Made by a program: the position numbers and the translations under genes. Positions 1 through 12,500 of a stretch of 64,000 bases of DNA are shown one piece after another (position 1 is the stretch's first letter; every line of letters starts with the position of its first letter). The notes beneath the pieces are model-generated. The model was not told where the DNA came from. It did no database searches and was given only the letters and a program-made list of their open reading frames with translations. The stretch lies in contig NIVC01003823.1 in the NCBI GenBank assembly GCA_002269645.1, positions 1 to 64,000 on the forward strand. Reading direction: 5' to 3'. Source of the DNA: Macrostomum lignano (taxonomy: Eukaryota).

Positions 1-99
1 TGAGGTTGAGAAGCTCTTGCTGGAGACTTAGGAATGTATAGGAAAACTCCGTGTGTTACACAGACAACTAACTGTTTCACAAAAGGTAAGAGCAAGTTA

Positions 100-563
100 T
101 TACACAATCGATCAAGTGACTGTTAGACGCGAGGTCGGGCATGGTGTTACACCAAACGATCGAATAACTGTTAGACACGAGGTGGAGCAAGGTGTTACAC
201 AATCGATCGAATGACTGTTAGATACGAGGTGGAGCAAGGTGTTACACAATCGATCGAATGACTGTTAGACACGAGGTGGAGCAAGGTGTTACACAATCGA
301 TCGAATGACTGTTAGACACGAGGTGGAGCAAGGTGTTACACAATCGATCGAATGACTGTTAGACACGAGGTGGAGCAAGGTGTTACACAATCGATCGAAT
401 GACTGTTAGATACGAGGTGGAGCAAGTTGTTACACAATCGATCGAATGACTGTTAGACACGAGGTGGAGCAAGGTGTTACACAATCGATCGAATGACTGT
501 TAGACAGGAGGTGGAGCAAGGTGTTACACAATCGATCGAATAACTGTTAGACACGAGGTGGAG
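100..563. repeat. 47-bp tandem minisatellite, ~10 copies
   Basis: Unit gttacacaatcgatcgaatgactgttagacacgaggtggagcaaggt recurs with 47-bp period (e.g. starts at 241 and 288). A degenerate copy extends back to ~50. Confidence 0.95.
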
Positions 564-655
564 TATAGTTAGATAGTATAAGATGCCATTGGTGTTACCA
601 GGAAAAAATTCCATTTACAAGGACGACCAATAACTCAACTCTCCCGGAACTGCAG

Positions 656-936
656 GCCCCTACCTGATCATGCGCGGGATCCACAGCGCCAGAAAACGCG
701 GCCTGGACAAGACCAAATTCGATGGCCTGCCGTACCTGACCATCTACCCGCCTCACCTGTTCAACCCCTACAGTTGGATTCGTCACAACGCGCCGAGCTG
801 TCGTCTGTTCGGCGACTTCAGCGAAGAGTCGCTGGCTCGCTGCCGCAATTCGTTCAAGACCAGCTACGTCATCCAATATCATACCCAGGTGTGGGACAAA
901 GGAAAGCACAACGTACTGAATCGTATTAAGTTCTGA
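656..936 (+). CDS. Terminal exon of a GT32-family alpha-1,4-glycosyltransferase (A4GALT/A4GNT-like C-terminal domain)
   Basis: After acceptor tgcAG (654-655) the exon reads (G)PYLIMRG...TIYPPHLFNPYSW...SYVIQYHTQVWDK* (TGA 934-936). This resembles the GPxLLT...LPPEAFYPIPW...YAVHVWNK pattern of Gb3-synthase C-terminal domains. Upstream exons are mostly outside the window. Confidence 0.6.
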
Positions 937-2084
937 CAGTTTATCGGTAGAAGCGATGTTTGACAAGATTTTTATCATCGAATGATTGTTTTAAGATGAA
1001 GTTACAGGCTTAAGTCTAAGCATAAAATTTAAGTCTACGCAGCAATGTAATTAACAAAATACTTAACTGTTAAATTGTGATCGCCTTGCGATCACCGTCT
1101 GCGACTTTGTGCAGGATGTTTTAAGACACCGAAATTGATACGAACTGTTTCAGTCCATGGATGAATCTATGGTTAAACTTTAATTGTAAAAGTGTACTTA
1201 TATTGAAGCACCATAATTTTGTTGTCAGATCGAACTTTTGCCAAAATTATTACTGATATGTTCACCAAAATCGATTCACTACGATTGATATTTGGTCTAG
1301 TCAAGAGGCTGCTCAAGTGTTCTGAGCAAAAATGCAGATCTTGCTACATTGTCGTGAGTGTAACCTGTCTCTATCACTGCGCATTTTTTCTGTGCCTTTT
1401 AAAAATTCGTGCCTTTCTATCTTTTTATCGATGTGTACTATAACAAATACTTCAATATTTCGTCGCGTGTGTTTTTACAAGAGTAGTTTTAGAGCCAGCA
1501 CCTAGACAGTTGATTTCAGACAGTCGTTTGCAATGAATCTATGGAACTCAATGAATTATAAAAATTATCCAAGAAAATTTTTAGGACTTTGTGATAGCCT
1601 TATTTTCCTCTTTTCATGTGTGCTGTGTTAAGAATTACTCGTATGAGTATACTCAAAAGATTCAAATGACGAAAAAATTAATTGGAAGCTTAATTAAAAA
1701 AAACGTTGGGTCTCAATAAGGCCTCTATGATTCTTCAAGTTTTAACGAACGAGTGATAAGCACCTTCTGTGACACTTTAATTTTTCTGTGTGCAAAAGCG
1801 TTTTTTAAATACGAGCTAAATTTCAGTTAGCTCGTACTTGCGAATCTTCTCTCTACTTTTCCCTCTTCTGCCAAAAAAGACATAATAAATACAATGGTAC
1901 TACTAGCCGATATTACTTGTAGCTCGTAAGTACGTAGAAAATTCAGAACGATACGAATTAAAACTTTTAGTTCTGGAGTCCTTTAGTTACCAGTTTTTTT
2001 TCAAACTTCATGGTTCATTTTTTAAAGATGCACTTGCTTGATAAAAGCGATTAAAACTTACTTTTTATTTGATGGCGCACTTTA

Positions 2085-2880
2085 GGCGACATTGTCACAC
2101 AACTGGCGCGAGGCATTACTGCCCATTCCGCCGACTCCCCTGAGCAGGCACACAAGCGCGTGGAGGGAAAAGGACAGGGGACAGCCGCGCGGGATTGCAG
2201 GCAGTCGGGGCCCACCTCTTCCTGTGCTTAGATGCCTCCCACTGGTTGATCCGAGTGGTGACAAGGGCGATGGGGGTGAGGCCACAGACAGGGGACCAAT
2301 AAAGGACCCGGTCGAGCCAGCCTTGGCAGGCGATCGGCCAACTCGTTGCCGGGGTGGCCCGAGCGTCCGGGGATCAATCTTAGAGACACCTTGTTGAAGG
2401 CGCCTCGATGATTGTACGCGAGCAGGTGGTGGTGCGCTCAAGGGCGTGGATCACCGTTTGACTGTCCGAGTGGAGGGTAATCTTCCCCCCAGCACGCTGA
2501 TTGTACAGATCCATGGCGCAGCAGCTGATGGCGAGAACTTCGTTTGGAAAACGGTGAAGCAGGGAGAAGTTTACCTCGGTTCCCCTTCCAGACACGATGC
2601 AGTAGCCGTAGCCAGAAGTGGAGTTGATTTGGGAATCGTCAGTGAAGCAGTGGATTTCACGGGGTTTTCTAGTTGTCCCTTCCTTCGTGACATGGTGGAA
2701 TGCTGGTTTTGAATTTGAGCGGAGGGCAGAGCGTGGACGGGATTCCATCCGAGAGGGTCAGTAGGCCTCCCGCTGCTTCCAGGTCTCGCAGGCTGGAGGT
2801 TCTGCTTTCTGAAAACAAACTGCTTCTGGGTGGGGACACCCGCGTCAAGCAGACGGCGGGTGGTCTTCATTGCCTCCCCT
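2085..2880 (-). mobile_element. Degenerate non-LTR retrotransposon fragment with RNase H (family A)
   Basis: Minus-strand translation across frameshifts gives IHCFTDDS..GYG..EVLAI..ITLHSDSQTVIHAL, then SLRLIPGRSGHPGNELADRL, i.e. the RNase HI motifs of LINE ORF2. Confidence 0.75.
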
Positions 2881-2904
2881 CTGACAAAAAGATTTGACGA
2901 CAGG

Positions 2905-4435
2905 TCGGGATTGATTACTAACGCAGTACGTCGGCGTTGGTGATGGAGCCCGAGGGACCCTGTCGGTGTGGCCGGCGTCGCTCGTCCTCTCTCAGTCGAA
3001 GGCTTTCAGCTGCATCTCGAGGAGCCGCTTTCTTTGCTTCACTCCGACCTCCGGTCGCCCGCAGGCGGCCGGGGCGGGGCCGGGTGGCCGCCAGGATCGT
3101 CAGTGGGCGGCTCGGTCCGACCCACCCTCTTGAGATAGTCACAGATGAGGGCGCCGCCACCCTCGAGAACGTCGTTCCAGGAAATGACCACCCCGCCCCA
3201 GGTGCGGATGCGGGCCTGGTGGTGGCAGGGGCAGTAGAGCATAAGATGATCGACCGAGTCCGGTTCCCCGCAGTCGGCGCATTGGTCGTTCTGTGCGAGG
3301 CCGAACCGAAACAGGGTGTCGCGAGTCAGGGGGGATTTCTTAGTGCGGATTTGGCTGACCGTCACCTGGCCCCACCTGGGAAGGTCATCGTGGCCTGGCG
3401 TCGGAGTCAGGTACGGGTGCGTGCGGTCCCGCGCAGTTCTCCAGTTAGACAGTACGTGGCGGACGGCATTTTTGGCGGAGGCCTGGGAAAGTTGCGCGTT
3501 GTTTGTTTCCAATTCTGCAGCTTCGCGGGCGAGGGCGTCCGCAGCCTCGTTACCAGCAATGTCCGCGTGGCCGGGAACCCATTGGAAGTGGAGCCTGGTC
3601 TGAGCTGGGAGGTCGTTGATGAGTCGCCAGATCGTGAGGGCGAGCGGGTTAGTAGAACGGTACGGGCCTTGGTTGATGGCCTGAAGGCCTGATCGTGAGT
3701 CGGTACAGATGTGGACCGAGAGCCGCGGGTTGCCGATGGTGTCGAGGGTTTGACGTAGGGCTCTTATCGCTGCCTCGATGGCGACCAATTCAGCGTGGGT
3801 GCTACTGCACCACTTTCCGGCTGGCTGGCGGATGGACATGCGGAGTGCCTCGATGGATTCGGCAGTGAGGAGAGCACCTCCGCCGGCAGCCGTGCCGTCC
3901 GGGCTTGCGGAGCCGTCCGTCCAGATGGTGCAGTCGGCGCTCGGTAGCAGGGCCGCTGGGTCGAGGAGCCGCTGCCAAGCTTGCTCTTTGATGCTCATCT
4001 TCACGACTTGGAGCACGGTGCCGCTTGACGAGGTGGGAACCCAACCTTGGTCGGTCGGACTGTTTGGCCGAAAGGGGCATCTTCTGGCCTTGAATAATCC
4101 GGGCCGGTTGCCTCTGGCCATAGCCGCATAGGTGCGCTTCGACTTTGTGGATTGGCCAGTACGCCCTGCTTTGGATTCCTCTACAGTCGTGGGAGTTTGT
4201 TCACGAGCAGAGGTCCCACAGTCCCGCCACGGGAGGAGCTAGCCGCACCAGAAGCTTTGTTGGCACCCAACGATTCTACTTAGAGATGTTGGGCCCGCCC
4301 TGTTTTTTCAGGCGCTTGGTGTTATTCCTGAGTGGCGGCAGGGTTGTCGAAGTGAAGGGCACCGAAGTTCCAGTGCAACAATCGTCCGATGAGCCGCGGT
4401 ACCAACCTTGGTTGGCATTCCAGCAGCATTAAGGG
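2905..4435 (-). mobile_element. 5'-truncated non-LTR retrotransposon, ORF2 3' end with RNase H and CCHC finger (family B)
   Basis: ORF 3039..4121 contains WTDGS, SSTHAELVAI, ICTDSRS and FQWVPGHADIAGNEAADALA (RNase HI), followed by CADCGEPDSVDHLMLYCPCH (C-terminal zinc finger). Upstream sequence is broken. Confidence 0.9.
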
Positions 4436-5420
4436 ACGCGTTGGAGGCAATAGAATACTCCATGAGTCGCTGAAAGGCAAATGGGGACTAAGGTGAGAGG
4501 CTGTTAGGCCGCAACTCCAAACCTAACAGCCAGCCAACAGAATAGCGACCTGGGGTTGGCTTAAGCCCTTACTGGCCCGTTCGCTAGCAACTGAGAAGCT
4601 CCCCGGCTAAGATCCAGGGAGCCAGATTCCGGAGCCTGATACTGGCCGCATAAGCTGTTAAAGTCAGAGGATACGCTCATAGAACTGAAAATATGATGTT
4701 TTACGTTGAGATTGGAGACTTTAGCAATTTCTTAATAAGCTAGACTCGAATCCTCTAGCTACGGTTTTGCACCTAGGTTGGGCCTAATTTCACGTGTAGT
4801 TAATTGCCACTGGAGTTAGTAATTTGGCTCTCGCCTAAAGAAAGGTAGTAGCTTTAGCCGCATGCCTTCTAAATTTGTTCTTGACGCGAAGGCTGCTGTT
4901 CACAGCATTCTTCTTGAAGACTGGCCCTGTTTAACGAGCATGAATGTACATTGGAAAACGAAGCTTAAGTACATTTATTGACGGATGTATGTCGTATGTA
5001 CATCCATTCGCGCAATACATAGAAACTACGCATTTGGTACCTTATTGGGGGCTCTCATGCAGGGTTAAAAAGCTTTATATTTACCTTTCAATTTCTTTTA
5101 CAAGCTTGAAAAAGCCATAAAAACGGGCATCAACTTTATTCAAAAGGCATAAAAAAAACGCTCGAAACAGAGCATGTAAGTTTTGCATTGGCGACTAATT
5201 ATAAATTTTGCTTACGATCCATTTACAATCCACTTAAAATTCACTGACAATCTATTTACAATTCACTTAAAATTCACTTACAATCCGCAAAAAATTCACT
5301 TTCAATTTATCAACATTTACACTACATACTATTTACTGCACGGCTTGGGATTTACTGCACAGTCGCGTTATCTATCTATGTCTATGGCTAAAACCAGAAG
5401 AATGCTTTGCTCATAAATCA

Positions 5421-5543
5421 ATGAATCTATCACTAGGTTCCTTCGTGCGTAAATAGTCTTGCCACGAGTGCGCGTTAGAATGCGTTAGCGCACTCGTGCC
5501 ATAGACTATTTACGCACTCGAAACCTAGAGATAAATCTACCAT
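5421..5543. repeat. Imperfect palindrome / small MITE-like foldback
   Basis: The left arm ..ctaggtt..gtgcgtaaatagtct..cacgagtgcgc is mirrored by the right arm gcgcactcgtg..agactatttacgcac..aacctag. Confidence 0.6.
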
Positions 5544-6152
5544 TAAGTGAAATGCACTTTGAAACTGCTTTTTTCGACCCAAGATTTGTCCAAGCCAAGT
5601 ATAAAATGCTACCTTCTCGGCTAGAAAGGCTTTGCACAGGGGGGCGCATTAAGATTCTAGCTAGCTATAGTCTATGGCCAGCCCTGCTGATCATGTCGGC
5701 AGGAACGGAGCTTTTGTATTTCTAGCTCCGGCGCGAAAAGGTTAAAATGCTTTATCATCGAGCTGCAGGGATGTGGCGCGATGCAGGCGCACTTATATCT
5801 AAACTATAAAACACAACGGAAAATTCCAGCTCTCAGCAGAAGAATGGAATTTGTTAGCACTGCTCATTTCTTGCCTTTAGCTTGAAGCTTAAACTCTCGC
5901 CATTTTAATTGTGTACGAACTGTGCTCAGCGCAGTTCTGAGCTTAAATTGCAGCTATTATGCGCACTGGAGCAAGAAAATTTAGCTGTGAGGTAATTTAG
6001 ACAATTTTTTAATTTTTTATAACTCCGGGTTGCTAGCGATTCTCTTAGTTGAACTCGAACTTAGACTTTGCATGTGATATTTGCATGTAACTGTGTCCCT
6101 TGAGGCGGCTCGTGTCCGCAACATATGAAGGTGATTATTTAAAAGTTCAAAT

Positions 6153-6426
6153 GGGGTTGAAGCCTAGTGGTTAGGGCGTCGGACTTACCACTGAAAGGTC
6201 GGGGGTTCGATTCTCAACCTACTCGAAACAATGTGTCCTTGAGCAAGACACTTAACTCTGCTTTGCTTCAGTTCACCCAGCTGTAAAATGGGTGCCAGCA
6301 TTAGCTGGGGGGTAAATGAGGGCGTGTGTGGCGATGGACTGAACAGCCGTACGCAGCCTTCATATGCGCCGCGCAATAGCTTCGGCTGAGCTGTCGTTTC
6401 TATTAGGGCAGGTGTAAGCAACTTAG
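6153..6426 (+). mobile_element. tRNA-derived CORE-like SINE, copy 1
   Basis: A-box-like agcctagtggttagg and B-box-like ggttcgattc, then gtccttgagcaagacacttaac...cagctgtaaaatggg, which resembles the MIR CORE domain. Two further copies are in the window. Confidence 0.85.
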
Positions 6427-6559
6427 CTAGGATTTTTTATTTTTATTACAAAGAAGCGCTGCTTTACTACTTGCAGTAAAAGTTACTTCAAATATTTATC
6501 TAGTGCACCAAGCCAACCGCTGCCATCACCGACCTCTCGAACTTGATTGCAGACAGGAA

Positions 6560-9500
6560 ATGAGCTTCAACAGCGGAGGCGGATGCGAGCACCCGTTCAA
6601 GAAGCTGCGCAAAAAGTGCCTGAGTGCCGGCTGCCAGGAGTTAATCGCGCTAGGTGATCCGAGATGCACTGCATGTTCAACTGAAGACCCATTTGACTAC
6701 TCGTGCGGCATCTGCGGTGATGCTGCAATGTGCGATCATTCCAACGAAAAGTGTCAAAAGACATGCAAAAATTGCAAGACACCAGCAAAAAGCCTTGGTA
6801 GCAAGTTTTGCTCAGAATGTGGAAAGCAAAGAACTTTCGAAGTTGCTTGCAGCTGCCAAATCGGGGGCGAGTCAAGTTCAGTAACCTCCGCGGCGGCCCC
6901 AACTGGAACTCAGTCAAGAGATGCTACACCCACAAATATTAGTGCGCCTCAATCGACCGTGACTACAGAAGTTGGACAGACTGAATCAAAACCGGAAGCG
7001 CAACAGGAAGCCCCAGCGACGGCAAAGACCGGTGCAGACTTGCCGATAGATGTGTCAAATTTGTCATTCTCACTGGTCAACCCGAGCCTAACAAAAAAGC
7101 CGCCGCCAGACAGAATCGATAATTCCACCCAGGAGAAATCGCTACCCTATGCTCCTGAACCCGGCCAGCCGACCAAGTTTGAAATCGAAATGCAACCCAG
7201 AATGTCCCAGGACTTGACGACTAATCAGCCAGCTAATCAACGTAAGTCAAGCCGGAAGAAGAAGCGGGCACCACAGCCGAAACCAGCTGAGCAAACCAAG
7301 GAGGCGACGAGTATGCCTACTGCTGATAGTAGTAAAAAAGCATCAAATATTTATGATCCAGGTAGCGAAGAAGCCAATAATCACTCCAGTCTGCTGCCGA
7401 GTGTCAAGGATTCGGGACCGGTCAACCGGGGCACCAAAGCGATAGACACTGACGAAGTAAAGCCAGATGAAGTTCCAGAGAAAAACCCCAGGCCGACTGA
7501 TTATTTGAAGCTCGTTAAGAAAGATTATCCCAATGAGCCGCTACTAGAGGTTATTCTCAACTGCTATCTGGATAATGGATCCTTTGAATTCGATCCCGGA
7601 ACTGACAGAGTATTGATAGTATTCAAAAAGCACGAACTTGGAAATGACAACCCGGCAAAGAGTCCGTTCGTTTTCAAGCAAGAGTGCCTCATCGACCAGA
7701 ACCATCAAAATACTGGGCTAAGCTACTGGCGCTCGTCATTTTTGCTACCCAAGAAACTGCTGAAGGACGGTTTGGAGTACAGGTACGCGGTTGAAAAAAG
7801 CTCGACGTCAACTTGTCAAGAGGAGGCCGGCATCCGGCTGATGAAACATGATGGAACACAGCAGCACCTGCTGCAGCTTGATGCTCTGGTGACCTCGCCA
7901 ACCCCGTCGAAGACCCCATCCAGAAGTATGGACGATGAATACAAACTGCAGCTTCGCCTTCTCGTGGACAGTGCGCTCGATGAGCTAAAGAGACTGCCAC
8001 CGAAAACTGTTCTAAAGGCTGCTCAAGCGCGGCTTAACGACCCAAAACTTCGTCGCAAAGATTTTCAACAAGAACGAATGAAGCAAGAGGTGAGTTTAAC
8101 GAAAACATCATACGCTAACTTTTAAATCTCTTTTGGGTTGAATACATGACTTAATGATTTTTAATTTAGGAAATGGAGAGGCTGCTATCGGGACTGTGCG
8201 AATCACCGGACGATTTCGGATTCTCAACGGACGAAAACCGGAGCTGGGAAAAATGGTTGCGAAACATCGACTTGTTTATTTTTCTAGTCTTTAACGGAGC
8301 TATAACTGGATCTGCAAATCTGGCGTCAGGAATTCAACAAAACAATTTGAAGATTCTGCTGAAACTGATCTTGCCTCCGATTGACTGGAAACGTCAAACA
8401 GAAATCGCAAGGTAGAAATGCCAGTTTGACTAGTGCTCTATTTCCTATGCACTAAACATCCTTATCGTTGTCGAAAATAGTCACAACTTTCACATAATGC
8501 TAGTGTCTACAATGGTATGAGCTTGTAAGACGCAGGGGCTGTGTGCACCCTTAACGCACTTAAGTGATATTGTCACAATCAGTGAAAGGCGTTACTGCCC
8601 ATTCCGCCGACTCCCCTGAGCAGGCACACAAGCGCGTGGATACGTACGCAGTCATACGCAACAGGCACACACTCACACAGGAGTGTACAGCGGTCATAAC
8701 TTTATTTATCGTTAGGCATGTACACTGCGCCTTGGGAGTTTGCTCTCAAGGCCATTATTGCACGAGCAGAGCCAAGCCAAGATTCAAATGTAGCCTCAAA
8801 TTAATGTGACTGCACTTGATCGCCTGGGCCGCTGGAACATCATACGCCGCACTAGACCACTAGGCTACGCCCTCCTCATGCATGCCCCTTACCCATAGAC
8901 GATGAGCATTTGTAAACTTAAACCGTCTCTTGGACGGTTAAACTTTGGAAGGTCACCGTTTCCACCTCTTGGCCCGATGGAGCAACCGCTACATGTACTC
9001 GTAGTACAGAAGTGCTGAAGAGTCAACACTTTTTGTAGAATCGGCTTTACTACCCCATGGTAGGTTACGACTTCTGAAGCAACTTAACACACTTGATTGT
9101 GAGACAACGACTATGTAACCGTTTTTTTGGTAACTTGGCCTGTGTGCGCACCGGGGGCGGGGCGGAGGCTAGGTTAAGTTGTTTTGGTGTCTCTCAATCT
9201 CGCTCAATGTACTTTGCTAGCGAGGGGTGGGGATTACGGTGAGCCAGACCGTGAGCCAGTCGGCAAGGTTTTTCGTGTTTTTGAGCCACAATAAAGTTCT
9301 GATTTGATTTTATTTCAGTTTTATTTTCATAATTTTGACCGTCATTATACATAGTGAAAGCAGTTGAGCTTTTTAAGTGTCGCAGATATATGGAAATCAC
9401 ATTTCAGAGAAACGATTGCTGATTTCGAAGAAGCGCTGAAAATTGTTGGAGAAGGCGATGTCAATCTGCTTGAGTACTTGTATGTGGCTCCGGCCTATCA

Positions 9501-12500
9501 TATTCTACTGTTGAATGTAAAACCCTGGGGTTCTGATGGCATCGACGAAGTGTATAGTCAAATACCCAGCATTACTGACCGAAATTGGTGGGGCCTGCAT
9601 CGGTTGACCGATAACTTTTGCCACCAAATTAAAAGACTCAGGTAAGCTTTGTTTATTTTTCTGCATATGAGTACAATTATGAGTATGTGCGGTATTGAGT
9701 ACTGCGTTGCCTTTGTGGAATTGCTCACTTTGAGACCTCCGGATAGCAGGTTATGAAATTGAAGGTGTAAAAACACTCAAGACACGAGGCCGTTGTATGG
9801 TCAAATGCAAATCTATGGTCATGATGGAGACATTTTTAGCAGTCATAAGCTCTATAAAAAGTCTTCCATGAATTTTTTATGACTGGAAGGAAGCCATAGA
9901 CTTTTAACCATAGACTAGGAATAATTAAACGGCCTTTATGGTGTATAAAGTATAGCATTTCCCAGTCAATTTGGTCCTAGAAGCACTCAATTTAATCCGC
10001 AATAGAGAATTCCAATTCATTCCGCTGTCACTAGAGATATGTCTATGGCCAAGTATGCTGTTTCGTTCCACTCAATTTAATCCTGTGGGCACTTATTTCG
10101 CGTATTCATTTTAAAAGCTCTTACTTTTAAAGAAAAGAGATTGACGCATTGATTTGTAAGCATTAAGTTTTTCAGAATGAAGCTGGAATAAATTTACCAT
10201 AATTTAGTCGACAAAACAAAACAAGGAAAACAGTAACAGTAGCAAAAAAGGAAACCTGAACAGGCATCAGAAACAACATCATCAAAGTTATAAAATGGGG
10301 TCACCCGCAATGCATCTAGGAATGAAGCGCATCATTTGGCGGTCCCATCCGCCGCATTTCGCAGCCGTAACCACGCCAGTCGATTCTTCGGCGATCCGGA
10401 TTAGCACAGTGATTCCCCATTCCCCACAGAGTCATTTGTGGAGGTGGACCATCTAGCTCGACTTTGACTGCCGGAAGCAAGCCCTTACCAAGCACTTCAT
10501 CGTAAACAATTGCTTGTCGAGCTTCCGAGCGATCGTACTTTTTCTAACTTCTGCTAACTTTCCGAGTCACTCATTCTTGCTTATTAACGGCTTTTAAAAT
10601 GAATACGCGAAATAAGTGCCCACAGGATTAAATTGAGTGGAACGAAACAGCATACTTGGCCATAGACATATCTCTAGTGACAGCGGAATGAATTGGAATT
10701 CTCTATTGCGGATTAAATTGAGTGCTTCTAGGACCAAATTGACTGGGAAATGCTATACTATTTTATATTATATTCGAACAAGTTCCTACAGGGACCTCTG
10801 CGATGATTACCATAAATGGTAATAGCATTACTATCTGATCCCACCTGATGGATATGAATATTTATTCCATTCTACCCATTAATATTCGCTAGGTACAACT
10901 TGGTTTGGCTGGACTCATTTCTGTCCAAGTACGGTCGGGTCGATCCTCTGCTGGGCCGACTTTGCGCCGCACTCACGAGAGACGATGCTCTGCCGGAACT
11001 GCTGAAGCTGCGGCATCTCTCCCTGGAGGTGAAGCTGGCCGTTGCTGCCTGTATTTTGCAGAGCAAAATTCCGATGCACCAAACCGGCCATTTTGAACAA
11101 ATTATTGTGAGTTTGAGAAGAGAGCGAATGAATATAAACCCGGACTGAAACACAAATAATCAAGCTTAGCTACTTAAAATTTGTAGGCCATCCTTGATGA
11201 ACTTTCGGGTAATACTCTACTGGTGACGTCACCTAGAGCATTCCTTTTCATCGGCTTTGAGCTCGCTAATGCCGTTTTAAGGATGCCGCTTCGCTCAGTA
11301 AGAATGGAGGCGCTGGCCGTTGGTTTGAGTTTCAAATCTGTTCGCTTTGTTTTAATGCGCTACTTGACAGCCAGCCAGCGTGATGGACAGAAACGTCGCG
11401 AGGTACTGTCTGAAAATGAAAAGCGGCGCGCTAAAGATGAACTTGAAAAGCTTCTGCAGGCTCTGGTGGATTATCATTGTGAATTTTTGAAGCGCAACGC
11501 AGTTACAGTTACCGTGCTGTTAGAGGTGAAACAAATTTCTATGCTATAAGAGCCTAAAATTGAACCTAAACCTAAAATGCAAGCGTTAATTTTTCCTTTA
11601 CAGCAATTCAACGCTCTTCTCATTTTACCGTTGGACTACCAAGACGGAAAGCTTCATAAAGGCATTCTGTCTATTTTAAGTTCAGGCCTACAATTGCTGT
11701 TGGATCAAATATCGACGGTATTTTATACAAACCTATTACTTTTCTTTATGCTTCGGGGTCTTTATTCTCACACGAAAAGTTTTCAGTTGATAAAACGAAT
11801 TTTCAGGAGGCTCTTCTTGAGCTTTTTAGTGAGAGGAGCGTCGAAATTTTCTCAACTCTGAGTGCCAATATAACCAAATCAGCGATCGAACTTCTGTTCA
11901 GCAGGCTGGAGTCCATGGAACAGGGAAGATACTTTTTTGAACAAATGGTAAGTTTACTTTTTGTTTGTTTTTGTCTTTAAGTACGACTCAAGATATTTGT
12001 ATCTAATTCGATCAATTCATAAACTTCAGTCGACAACTTGGAAGGGGTTGCGAAGAATATTCAGAGAAGATCATCCGCACTTTTCGATCGCTTGTCAAGC
12101 ATTGTCCAATGCTGTCATCAGCCTGAGGTCAAACAGAATCGGCAGGTTTCAAGGGACGCACAAGGCCGATCCCAACCTCACTTTGGTGCTGGAATGGCCC
12201 CTTGCAGCCATGGTTATCGCTGATATGAGTAAGAACCGCTGAACTTATAATGCTTCTGAAACAACATGGTAAAATTTGTAGCGTATTACTGGTTTTTTAA
12301 ACAGTACTAGCTAGAGTGACCCTTTTTAAAGGCTGTCTGCTGCGTACGCTGGGCACAAATCTACTTTCGAGTTGGGTGAGAGAAGATAGAACTGTACGTG
12401 TATCAGAGTTGTCCTCGACGCTCTGTCATCTCTCCAGCTATCGCAGGAACTATAATCTGACCTAAAAATTTCAGAACGCGGTAGCAAGCAGTTTCAGAAG

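Noticed and set aside
42-85. Candidate upstream exon of the glycosyltransferase (AAAG|GTAAG donor, phase-compatible with 656)
   Set aside because: The segment is itself a degenerate copy of the adjacent 47-bp repeat, and its translation lacks the expected WG.QGP context, so it cannot be supported.
100-563. CRISPR-like appearance of the 47-bp array (also the 25-bp and 16-bp arrays)
   Set aside because: The units are contiguous with no unique spacers, no cas genes are present, and the context is eukaryotic.
2937-3692. 251-aa plus-strand ORF
   Set aside because: Antisense shadow of the GC-rich LINE ORF2.
6153-6230. tRNA gene
   Set aside because: It has A/B boxes but no complete cloverleaf, continues into a CORE-like domain and has three dispersed copies, so it is a SINE head.
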